Below the pieces are notes generated by a model. That model was not told the origin of the DNA, searched no databases, and worked only from the letters and a program-made list of their open reading frames with translations. The position numbers and the translations under genes were made by a program. Positions 18,012 to 26,157 of a stretch of 52,953 nt of DNA are shown piece by piece. Origin of the DNA: Hyphomicrobiaceae bacterium (lineage in GTDB: Bacteria; Pseudomonadota; Alphaproteobacteria; Rhizobiales; Hyphomicrobiaceae); assembly GCA_046713545.1 (NCBI GenBank), contig JBKKCB010000297.1, positions 1 to 52,953 on the forward strand. The letters are read 5' to 3'. How positions within the stretch are numbered: the first letter of the stretch is position 1; each line of letters starts with the position of its first letter.

Positions 18012-19397
18012 ATGACCATGCAGCCGCTCCTCGTCGTCATTCTTGCCGCGGGCAAGGGCACGCGCATGAAATCCGCCCGTCCCAAGGTGCTGCATGCCTT
18101 GGCCGGCCGATCGCTGCTAGGTCATGCCATCGCCCTCAGCCATGAGGCCGGCGCAAGTCGGTTGGCGGTGGTCGTCGGACCCGACATGGCCGAGGTGGCG
18201 GCTGACGTGCGCCGGCATGCAGCCGATGCCACGGTGTTCGTGCAGGATCATCAACTTGGAACGGCCAACGCTGTCCTCGCGGCCCGCGCGGTCATCGCCT
18301 CGCATACCGGCGACGTCTGTGTGCTGTTCGCCGACACGCCACTGCTGACCGCAGACACCGTTCACCGTCTTCGCCGGAGCCTCGGCCAGGGCACCGGCAT
18401 CGCCGTGCTCGGCTTCCGTGCAGCCGATCCCACGGGTTACGGCCGTCTCCTGACCGATGACGCCGGGGCTCTCCTCGCCATCCGCGAGGATCGCGACGCC
18501 AGTGACGCCGAGCGCAAGGTGAACCTATGCAACTCGGGTGTCATGGCCTTCCGGACGCCGAAGCTGATCTCAATCCTTGAACGCATCGGCAATGCCAATG
18601 CAAAGCGAGAGTACTATCTGACCGACGCGGTCGAGATCGCCCGCAAGGATGGTCTGCCGGTCGCCGTCAGCACGTGCGAAGAAGACGAGGTCCTTGGCAT
18701 CAATTCGCGGGATCAGCTCGCGTCCGCGGAAGCCATCTGGCAGGGGCGGGCGCGCCTCAAGGTCATGCGTGACGGCGCCACGCTGATCGCCCCCGAAACC
18801 GTCTGGCTCAGCTACGACACGATCATCGGCCGCGATGTGGTCATAGAGCCCAACGTCGTCATCGGCCCCGGCGTGACGATCGAGGACGACGTCACCATCA
18901 GGGCCAACTGCCATCTGCAAGGCATCGATCGCAAGGTCTCGACCGGCGTCCGCGTGCGCAAAGGCGCAGAGATCGGTCCCTTTGCGAGGCTGCGCCCGGG
19001 TACCGATATTGGTCCCGACGTACATATCGGTAACTTCGTCGAGATCAAGAATGCAACGCTGGAGCAGGGCGCCAAGGCCGGCCATCTGACCTACATCGGC
19101 GACGCGCACGTCGGGGCCGACGCCAACATCGGTGCGGGTACGATCACCTGCAACTACGACGGCTTCGGCAAAGGGCACACCGAGATAGGGGCGGGGGCGT
19201 TCATCGGCTCCAACACGGCCCTCGTGGCTCCCGTCGCGGTGGGCGCCAATGCCTATGTCGGTGCGGGCAGCGTTGTGTCCGGCCGGGATGTGGAACCAGG
19301 CGCACTGACGGTTGTGCGGGGTGAGCGGCGGGACATTCCGGGATGGGTGGCGAAATTCCGGGCCGCGCTTGCCAAGCGGACTGTAGGGAAAAAATGA
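18012..19397 (+). CDS. glmU: Bifunctional UDP-N-acetylglucosamine diphosphorylase / glucosamine-1-phosphate N-acetyltransferase
   Basis: LAAGKGTRMKS nucleotidyltransferase motif and C-terminal left-handed beta-helix hexapeptide repeats. The start is set at the ATG after AGGAGG; the ATG at 18018 is also possible. Confidence 0.95.
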   Translation: MTMQPLLVVILAAGKGTRMKSARPKVLHALAGRSLLGHAIALSHEAGASRLAVVVGPDMAEVAADVRRHAADATVFVQDHQLGTANAVLAARAVIASHTGDVCVLFADTPLLTADTVHRLRRSLGQGTGIAVLGFRAADPTGYGRLLTDDAGALLAIREDRDASDAERKVNLCNSGVMAFRTPKLISILERIGNANAKREYYLTDAVEIARKDGLPVAVSTCEEDEVLGINSRDQLASAEAIWQGRARLKVMRDGATLIAPETVWLSYDTIIGRDVVIEPNVVIGPGVTIEDDVTIRANCHLQGIDRKVSTGVRVRKGAEIGPFARLRPGTDIGPDVHIGNFVEIKNATLEQGAKAGHLTYIGDAHVGADANIGAGTITCNYDGFGKGHTEIGAGAFIGSNTALVAPVAVGANAYVGAGSVVSGRDVEPGALTVVRGERRDIPGWVAKFRAALAKRTVGKK

Positions 19398-19499
19398 ATA
19401 AATCCTCAGTAAACCACGGTAACACAACTTGAGTTGAGGCGTTGACCTTCTCTGTATATCTCCCAAATTGATGATGAGATTCGTCGAGGACTTGATGCC

Positions 19500-21320
19500 A
19501 TGTGTGGAATAGTCGGGATACTTGGCGCAGCGCCGGTCGCAACCGACCTGGTCGATGCGCTGAAGCGGCTTGAGTACCGCGGCTACGACTCGGCGGGCAT
19601 TGCGACCGTGGAAAACGGCCACCTCGAGCGGCGCCGGGCGGAAGGCAAGCTGCGCAATCTGGCGGATCGCTTGGCCAGCGAGCCGCTCAAAGGCCGGGCC
19701 GGAATCGGGCACACGCGCTGGGCGACGCACGGCGCGCCGAACGAGCGCAACGCCCATCCGCACATGACCGACCAGGTGTCCGTCGTTCACAACGGCATCA
19801 TCGAGAACTTCCGCGAACTCAAGGACGAGCTTCGCCGGGCCGGAATTGTTTTCGAAAGCGATACCGATACGGAAGTCGTGACGCAGCTCATCACGCACGA
19901 AATGCGCAACGGCGCCGACCCGGTCGAGGCCACGAAACGGTCGCTTGGGCGTCTTCGCGGAGCATTTGCTCTGGCTATCATCTTCTCGGGCCACGACGAC
20001 CTGATGATTGGCGCACGCGAGGGCAGCCCGCTCGCGATCGGACATGGCGAGGGGGAGATGTACCTCGGCTCCGACGCCATCGCACTCGCCCCCTTCACCA
20101 GCCGCATCACCTATCTGGAGGAAGGCGACTGGGCCGTGCTGACGCGCAATTCGGTTGCGATCCGCGATCGCGCCGGCCGTACGGTCGCGCGCCCGATGAT
20201 TACATCGACCGCTTCGGGATTCCTGGTCGACAAGGGCAACCACAAGCACTTCATGCTCAAGGAGATCCACGAGCAGCCCGAAGTCATCAGCCACACCCTG
20301 ACGAACTATCTGGACATGGCTGCCGAGCGGGTCAATTTCCCCGATCTCGGCATTGACCTTGCCAAGATCAGCCGCGTGACGATATCGGCGTGCGGCACGG
20401 CGTACTATGCGGGCCTCGTGGCCAAGTACTGGCTGGAGCGCTTCGCCCGCATGCCGGTCGAGATCGACGTCGCTTCCGAGCTGCGCTATCGCGAGGCGCC
20501 GCTGCCGAAGGACGGCTTGGCCGTGTTCGTCTCACAGTCGGGCGAAACCGCCGACACGCTCGCCACGCTGCGGTACTGCAAGGCCAACGGCCAGCATATC
20601 GCCTCGGTCGTCAACGTGCGCACATCGACGATTGCGCGCGAGAGCCATGTGGTGCTGCCGACGCTCGCCGGCCCGGAAATCGGCGTTGCATCGACGAAGG
20701 CCTTCACCTGCCAGCTGGCGACGCTGGCGTGCCTTGCGCTGGCCATTGCCCGCGCGCGCGGGCAGATCGATGCGCGCAAGGAAGCCGAGCTGGTCCGCGC
20801 GCTGATGGAAGTCCCGCGGCACATCTCGGCCATTCTGCGCGACGAGCGCCGTTACGAGGAGCTGGCCCACTGGCTGTCGAAGTCGCGCGACGTGCTCTAC
20901 CTGGGGCGCGGCGTCAACTACCCCCTGGCGCTCGAGGGTGCACTGAAGCTCAAGGAGATCTCCTACATCCATGCCGAGGGCTATGCCGCCGGCGAGATGA
21001 AGCATGGCCCAATCGCGCTGATCGACGAAAACGTGCCCGTTATCGCCGTTGCACCGCAGGATGACCTGTTCGAGAAGACCGTTTCCAACCTGCAGGAAGT
21101 ATCAGCACGCGGTGGCCAGATTGTTCTGGTGTCCAATGCCGATCCCGACCTCGTGGGATGCAACATCACCACCCACATCCGCATGCCGGACGTGCCCAAC
21201 TTTGTCGCGCCGCTGGTCTATGCCGTACCGATGCAGCTCATTGCCTATCACACGGCAACATTCCTCGGCACCGACGTCGATCAGCCGCGCAATCTGGCCA
21301 AGTCGGTCACTGTGGAATAA
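19500..21320 (+). CDS. glmS: Glutamine--fructose-6-phosphate aminotransferase (isomerizing)
   Basis: 606 aa. MCGIVG N-terminal nucleophile, two SIS domains, and C-terminal ...DQPRNLAKSVTVE. Confidence 0.97.
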   Translation: MCGIVGILGAAPVATDLVDALKRLEYRGYDSAGIATVENGHLERRRAEGKLRNLADRLASEPLKGRAGIGHTRWATHGAPNERNAHPHMTDQVSVVHNGIIENFRELKDELRRAGIVFESDTDTEVVTQLITHEMRNGADPVEATKRSLGRLRGAFALAIIFSGHDDLMIGAREGSPLAIGHGEGEMYLGSDAIALAPFTSRITYLEEGDWAVLTRNSVAIRDRAGRTVARPMITSTASGFLVDKGNHKHFMLKEIHEQPEVISHTLTNYLDMAAERVNFPDLGIDLAKISRVTISACGTAYYAGLVAKYWLERFARMPVEIDVASELRYREAPLPKDGLAVFVSQSGETADTLATLRYCKANGQHIASVVNVRTSTIARESHVVLPTLAGPEIGVASTKAFTCQLATLACLALAIARARGQIDARKEAELVRALMEVPRHISAILRDERRYEELAHWLSKSRDVLYLGRGVNYPLALEGALKLKEISYIHAEGYAAGEMKHGPIALIDENVPVIAVAPQDDLFEKTVSNLQEVSARGGQIVLVSNADPDLVGCNITTHIRMPDVPNFVAPLVYAVPMQLIAYHTATFLGTDVDQPRNLAKSVTVE

Positions 21321-21432
21321 ACTGGCGGCACGGCCGTTGTCGCGGAATTGCCGCAAAACACTGGTTTGACCTGTTTTTTGCGTTTCACATGGGGGTGTCT
21401 GGCACGAGCACGGCGGTTCGGGGGGACGGTGC

Positions 21433-22545
21433 ATGGCGTGGCTTTGGTTGAGACCGGCACTGTTGGCATTGCCACTCGCGGCACTGCCCGCGTCGAATCA
21501 TGCGCATGCGCAAGCCGCTGCAACGGCCGCAGAAGCCGAGGAGGCCGAGCCAGAACCGCAAGCCGCGACCGCAAAGACCCGCAAACCTCGCGAACCCGCC
21601 GATGCCGGTAGAACACTCGATGCAGCCACGAAGTCGCTAGAGGCCGGCAAGCCCGAGCAGGCTATTCAACAGCTCAACAGCCTTCTGTCAGGTTCAAAGC
21701 TCGACGTGCGGCTCATGGCCCGCGCCATGTACGTGCGTGGCGCTGCCTGGCGCAAACAAGGCAAGCCCGCCCAGGCGATCGCCGATCTGACAAGTGCGCT
21801 CTGGCTCAAGGGCGGCCTGTCGGAAACGGATCGAGCCGCTGCCCTGGCCATGCGCACGGAAGCATACAAGGAAGCCGGCCTCGCCGACGCTGCCCCTGCC
21901 GAGGGGAAGATCTCGACCGGAAAGTCCAGCGAACCCGCTTCCGCTGCGGTCGCGCCAGGCGGACCGCCGGAGTCGGCGAGGGCTTCTGGAGACAAAAGGG
22001 GCGTTCCTTCGGCCAGCGCACAAACCGGCACGGGCACATCGGGGTTCTTCTCGAATCTCTTTGGCGGCGGATCATCGTCGGGCTCGGCTGCTACATCCCC
22101 CGCGCGTGCGGCCCCGCCGGACGCGGGTGAGCGCGAAAAGCGCAAAGCGTCATCTGGCACTGCGCCACAACCCGCCATTGGCACCTCGTGGTCCAATGTC
22201 ACGGATGTGAAGCCATCTCCGCCCAAATCCCGGGCCGAGCCCGCCGCGACCGCAGCCGGCCCGGTAACGACCGCATCTACGACGGCCTCGGCCGGCGGCC
22301 GCTATCGCGTACAAGTGGCCTCGGTACGCAGCCGGACGGAGGCGCAGACACTGGCCAGCAAAGTAAAACAACAGCACGCCGCCGCACTCGGCCCCCGACA
22401 GCTGGAGATAGACGAAACCGTCATCGGCAACATGGGAACCTTCTATCGCGTGCGCATAGGGCCCTACGCCAACGCCGAGGAGCCGGGTTCGCTATGCGCC
22501 AAGCTGCGCGGCAGCGGCTTTGATTGCCTGATCCTGGCCGACTAA
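21433..22545 (+). CDS. Secreted TPR-like / SPOR-domain protein
   Basis: 370 aa. Signal peptide ...ASNHAHAQ, a TPR-like helical region, a long low-complexity Ala/Pro/Ser linker, and a C-terminal SPOR module (RYRVQVASVRSRTEAQTLASKV...FYRVRIGPYANAEEPGSLCAKLRGSGFDCLI). Confidence 0.8.
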   Translation: MAWLWLRPALLALPLAALPASNHAHAQAAATAAEAEEAEPEPQAATAKTRKPREPADAGRTLDAATKSLEAGKPEQAIQQLNSLLSGSKLDVRLMARAMYVRGAAWRKQGKPAQAIADLTSALWLKGGLSETDRAAALAMRTEAYKEAGLADAAPAEGKISTGKSSEPASAAVAPGGPPESARASGDKRGVPSASAQTGTGTSGFFSNLFGGGSSSGSAATSPARAAPPDAGEREKRKASSGTAPQPAIGTSWSNVTDVKPSPPKSRAEPAATAAGPVTTASTTASAGGRYRVQVASVRSRTEAQTLASKVKQQHAAALGPRQLEIDETVIGNMGTFYRVRIGPYANAEEPGSLCAKLRGSGFDCLILAD

Positions 22546-22630
22546 CTCATCCTTTGGTCGCTATCTCGTGCCGCACGTTCGTACTGGCGACGGCAAGGTC
22601 AATTGTGGCAGAATAGTGCAAGAGCGCGAT

Positions 22631-22669
22631 CGTTTCGCATGGAAGCGCTTTCGACTTCCATGCGAAGCG
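22631..22669. repeat. Strong intergenic hairpin (inverted repeat)
   Basis: TTCGCATGGAAG (22634-22645) pairs perfectly with CTTCCATGCGAA (22655-22666) around a 9-nt loop. The stem is extendable to about 15 bp with flanking pairs. Confidence 0.7.
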
Positions 22670-22694
22670 TGAATCGCACCCTAAACTTGTGGAG

Positions 22695-22769
22695 TAGAGC
22701 AGGAATCACGTTTCGGCCGAGGCGCCTGGTGTGACATAGGGCGATTCAATCCGAAACGATCCTGCTCTA
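22695..22769. repeat. Long interrupted intergenic hairpin (inverted repeat)
   Basis: TAGAGCAGGA (22695-22704) pairs with TCCTGCTCTA (22760-22769). CGTTTCGG (22709-22716) pairs with CCGAAACG (22751-22758). The apical region is 34 nt. Confidence 0.65.
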
Positions 22770-22825
22770 GTGTCGGATGCGGGGTGTGCGTCGGCTTGTT
22801 AACGGCCGGCGCATAGAATGGAGCG

Positions 22826-23614
22826 ATGCAGGAGAAACTTCCACCTTCGGACATGGAACGACCGGCGCCGGACCCGGCGCAGGTGATCCCTGGCATTTTG
22901 CCTGCTGTCGAGGAGCCACCGCGTTCGCGCCACCTTGGCGCCCGCCTGCGCAACTATTTTCTGACCGGCCTCGTTATCGTCGGCCCGGTGACAATTACGC
23001 TTTATTTCACCTGGTACGTCATCAACGTCATCGACAACTGGGTCAAGCCATACATCCCCAGCACCTATAACCCGGAGCACTATCTTCCGTTCTCCGTCCC
23101 GGGTGTGGGTCTCCTGTTTGCGATCGTAGGCCTGACACTGATCGGCGCGCTGGCCGCAAACCTGATTGGCCGCTCGTTGATCAGTGCGGGCGAGCTGATG
23201 CTCGATCGCATGCCGATCGTGCGCAGCCTGTACCGCGCGCTGAAACAGATTTTCGAGTCCATCCTCAGCGCATCGGGCCCCGACCAGAAATTCCAGAATG
23301 TCGGGGTGATGGAATTTCCTTCCAAGGGAATCTGGTCGATCGTGTTCGTGACCGGTGAAGCCACAGCGCAGATCACGTCCGTCCGGCCGCGTGAGGATCT
23401 TGTCAGCGTATTCATGCCGACAGGGATGCTGCCGCCGACGGGCTTCGTCTGCTTCGTGCCACGCAAGGACATCGTGCTCATCAAGATGAGTGTGGAAGAT
23501 GCGGCCAAGATCGTGATTTCGGCCGGCATGGTGAACCCGGAAACACAGGCACGCCTTCGCGAGCTGGCCGAAGGGGCACGCGCTCCGCGGCCCAAGCAAG
23601 AGGCGGCCGAATAG
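22826..23614 (+). CDS. DUF502-family membrane protein
   Basis: 262 aa. YFLTGLVIVGPVTITLYFTWYVINVIDNWVKP and the later P.VRSLY..LKQI block are typical of DUF502. Confidence 0.8.
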   Translation: MQEKLPPSDMERPAPDPAQVIPGILPAVEEPPRSRHLGARLRNYFLTGLVIVGPVTITLYFTWYVINVIDNWVKPYIPSTYNPEHYLPFSVPGVGLLFAIVGLTLIGALAANLIGRSLISAGELMLDRMPIVRSLYRALKQIFESILSASGPDQKFQNVGVMEFPSKGIWSIVFVTGEATAQITSVRPREDLVSVFMPTGMLPPTGFVCFVPRKDIVLIKMSVEDAAKIVISAGMVNPETQARLRELAEGARAPRPKQEAAE

Positions 23615-23621
23615 CCGATCC

Positions 23622-25736
23622 TCACGCCGCCCTAAACAGCCGGACGGCCTCGTCGCATTCGAACAGGTAGAGCAGGTCGCGCAGCGCCAGCCCGCGCGGC
23701 GTGCGCAGCGCCGGATCGGACGCCAGCACCATGCGGGCATCGTCGTGGGCCGCAGCCAGCAGTTCAGTGAAATTGGGCACCTCTGCAACGCGAAACTCCG
23801 GCATGCCGCTCTGGCGCGCGCCTAGCACTTCGCCGCCGCCGCGCAGCTCCAGGTCCTTCTCGGCGATGAGGAAGCCGTCCTCCGTCTCGCGCATCATTTC
23901 GAGGCGCGCCCGCGCCGTCTCGCCGAGCGGCGCCTTGTAGAGGAGCACGCAGAACGATTGGCGCGTGCCCCGGCCCACGCGTCCGCGCAACTGGTGCAGC
24001 TGCGCCAGGCCAAAGCGCTCGGAATGCTCGATCACCATCACAGAGGCATTGGGAACGTTGACGCCGACCTCGATGACGGTGGTCGCAACCAGTACGGAGA
24101 GCTTTCCCTCCGCAAAGGCGTGCATGGTTTCATCTTTGGCCGAAGGAGGCAGCGCTCCATGCAGCAGACCGACACGGTCGCCGAAGGTTTGCGCGAGATG
24201 GGCGTGGCGCTCCTCTGCGGCGGCCAGTTCGGATTTTTCCGAACTTTCGATGAGCGGGCAGACCCAGTAGACCTGCGCACCCTGGGCCAGGGCCCGCTTG
24301 AGACCGTCGATGACGTCCACGATGCGCTCAGTCGAGGCCATCGTCGTCATCACGGGCTTGCGGCCCGCCGGCTTCTCCGTCAGTCGCGATACGTCGAGGT
24401 CTCCATAGTGCGTCATGAGCAGGGTGCGTGGGATGGGCGTTGCCGTCATGACCAGCACGTCCGTGCCGGCGCTTCCGCCCTTGGACTGCAGCGCCAGCCG
24501 CTGATGCACGCCGAAGCGGTGCTGCTCGTCGATGACGGCGAAGGCCAGATCGCGGAACGTCACGTCGTCCTGGAACAGGGCGTGTGTGCCGATGAGAATA
24601 TCAATCTCTCCAGCAGCGACCCGGTCGAGCAGCTCCTTGCGGGGCCTGCCCTTTTCGCGGCCGGTCAACAACCCGAGCCGCAGCCCTGCGGCTTCGGCCA
24701 GCGGCGCGATCGTTTCGGCGTGCTGGCGGCTCAGCACTTCCGTGGGCGCCATGAGGGCTGACTGGGCACCGGCCTCCACGGCGATGGCGAGCGCCATCAG
24801 AGCCACCACCGTTTTACCCGAGCCGACGTCACCCTGGAGCAGGCGCAGCATGCGGCTTGGCGATGCCATATCCGCCGCGATTTCCTTGAGAGCCTGGTGC
24901 TGGGACGGTGTGAGCGAGAACGGCAGCGCGTCAGCGATGTGGGCGCGGATACGCCCGTTTCCGACAATCTGGCGCCCCGGCCGCTCCTTCTGGCTGCGGC
25001 GGACAAGGTCGAGCGCAAGCTGACCTGCCAGCAGCTCGTCGTAGGCGAGGCGCTGCCGCGGTGCCCCGCCGGCCGACACGTCACCAGCATCCAAAGGCCT
25101 ATGCAGCCGCGCCACTGCGGTGGCGAAGTCGGGCCAGCCGCGCTGCCGCAGCCATTCCGGATCCTGCCACTCGGCAGGGTGCGGCACGCGCAGCAGGGCC
25201 TGTGTGGAGGCCTTCTGCAGGATCTTGTTCGAAAGGCCGGCCGTCAGCGGATAGACCGGCTCAAGCAGCGGCAGATCGTTGCGGCGTTCCGGCGCCACGA
25301 TGTAGTCGGGATGGGCCATCTGCAGCTTGTCGCTATACTGTTCGATGCGGCCGCTGATATAGCGCATCGATCCGACCGGCAGCTGCCGCTCGACGAGGCG
25401 GTGGTCGGCATGAAAGAAGACGAGGTCGATGCGGCCCGTATCGTCCTCGCAGGCCACCTTGTAGGGCGCGCGCGTATTGCCGCGGGGCGAGGGCCGGTGC
25501 TTGAGCACGCGGACAAGCAACGTGGCGATGGTGCCGGGCGTCGCTCCGGCAACCGTGGGCTCGGCCCGCCGGTCGACCACGCCTGTCGGCAGATGCCACA
25601 GCAGATCGATGACCCGCGGTGTCGTCACGCCCGGGGGCAGGTTGACCGCCTTTTTCAGCAGAATCTCGATGCGCGGGCCCACGCCGCTCAGGTCGAGTGC
25701 CGAGGCAAACATCGGGACGAGCGAGTTGGGACGCAT
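23622..25736 (-). CDS. recG: ATP-dependent DNA helicase RecG
   Basis: Start at ATG 25736 (MRPNSLVPMF...). Wedge domain plus SF2 helicase motifs GDVGSGKT, DEQHRFG, MTATPIPRT, QLHQLRGRVGRG. Confidence 0.95.
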   Translation of the reverse strand: MRPNSLVPMFASALDLSGVGPRIEILLKKAVNLPPGVTTPRVIDLLWHLPTGVVDRRAEPTVAGATPGTIATLLVRVLKHRPSPRGNTRAPYKVACEDDTGRIDLVFFHADHRLVERQLPVGSMRYISGRIEQYSDKLQMAHPDYIVAPERRNDLPLLEPVYPLTAGLSNKILQKASTQALLRVPHPAEWQDPEWLRQRGWPDFATAVARLHRPLDAGDVSAGGAPRQRLAYDELLAGQLALDLVRRSQKERPGRQIVGNGRIRAHIADALPFSLTPSQHQALKEIAADMASPSRMLRLLQGDVGSGKTVVALMALAIAVEAGAQSALMAPTEVLSRQHAETIAPLAEAAGLRLGLLTGREKGRPRKELLDRVAAGEIDILIGTHALFQDDVTFRDLAFAVIDEQHRFGVHQRLALQSKGGSAGTDVLVMTATPIPRTLLMTHYGDLDVSRLTEKPAGRKPVMTTMASTERIVDVIDGLKRALAQGAQVYWVCPLIESSEKSELAAAEERHAHLAQTFGDRVGLLHGALPPSAKDETMHAFAEGKLSVLVATTVIEVGVNVPNASVMVIEHSERFGLAQLHQLRGRVGRGTRQSFCVLLYKAPLGETARARLEMMRETEDGFLIAEKDLELRGGGEVLGARQSGMPEFRVAEVPNFTELLAAAHDDARMVLASDPALRTPRGLALRDLLYLFECDEAVRLFRAA

Positions 25737-25875
25737 GAGTTCTGTTGCTGCCGTATCCTGACAACGCGCCGGGTGTTTGTCTGTTGGCGATGACAGCGCT
25801 ATATCACGCTGAAAGAGGGGCAAGGTGGCGGCCGTACCGGGAGCCGTCAAGCAATGTCGCCGCTTTGTTCAGCAC

Positions 25876-26157
25876 ATGCGGGATTTGATGTCGACACTCG
25901 AGGAGCGGCGCAGACGCGCCCAATACCGCGCCGCCCATCGCGGTACGCTGGAAATGGACTGGCTGCTCGGCCGTTATGCCGATGCGGCTCTTTCGGCCAT
26001 GTCGATTGCCGAACTCGACCATTTCGAGGGGTTGCTGGCCCTGCCGGACCCTGAGTTGCACGATTGGATCACCACGGGGCAGGGCATGGGCGCAGCCGAA
26101 TACGCACCCCTCATAACGCAGATACGCAAATTCCATGGGTTCGAGCCGCCGCAATGA
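25876..26157 (+). CDS. sdhE: Succinate dehydrogenase assembly factor 2 (SdhE/Sdh5 family, FAD assembly factor)
   Basis: RRAQYRAAHRGTLEMDWLLGRYAD...ELDHFEGLL..PDPELHDWI is the Sdh5/SdhE signature. The start could also be 25888. The stop overlaps the mfd start (ATGA). Confidence 0.85.
   Translation: MRDLMSTLEERRRRAQYRAAHRGTLEMDWLLGRYADAALSAMSIAELDHFEGLLALPDPELHDWITTGQGMGAAEYAPLITQIRKFHGFEPPQ

Noticed and set aside
19398-19499. glmS ribozyme or leader upstream of glmS
   Set aside because: The glmS ribozyme is known from Gram-positive lineages, and 102 nt is too short for its core. I see no matching conserved core sequence. This is just a moderately AT-rich promoter/leader.
18570-20294. 574-aa minus-strand ORF spanning the glmU/glmS junction
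   Set aside because: It is antisense to two unambiguous housekeeping genes and runs through their intergenic region. Shadow ORF.
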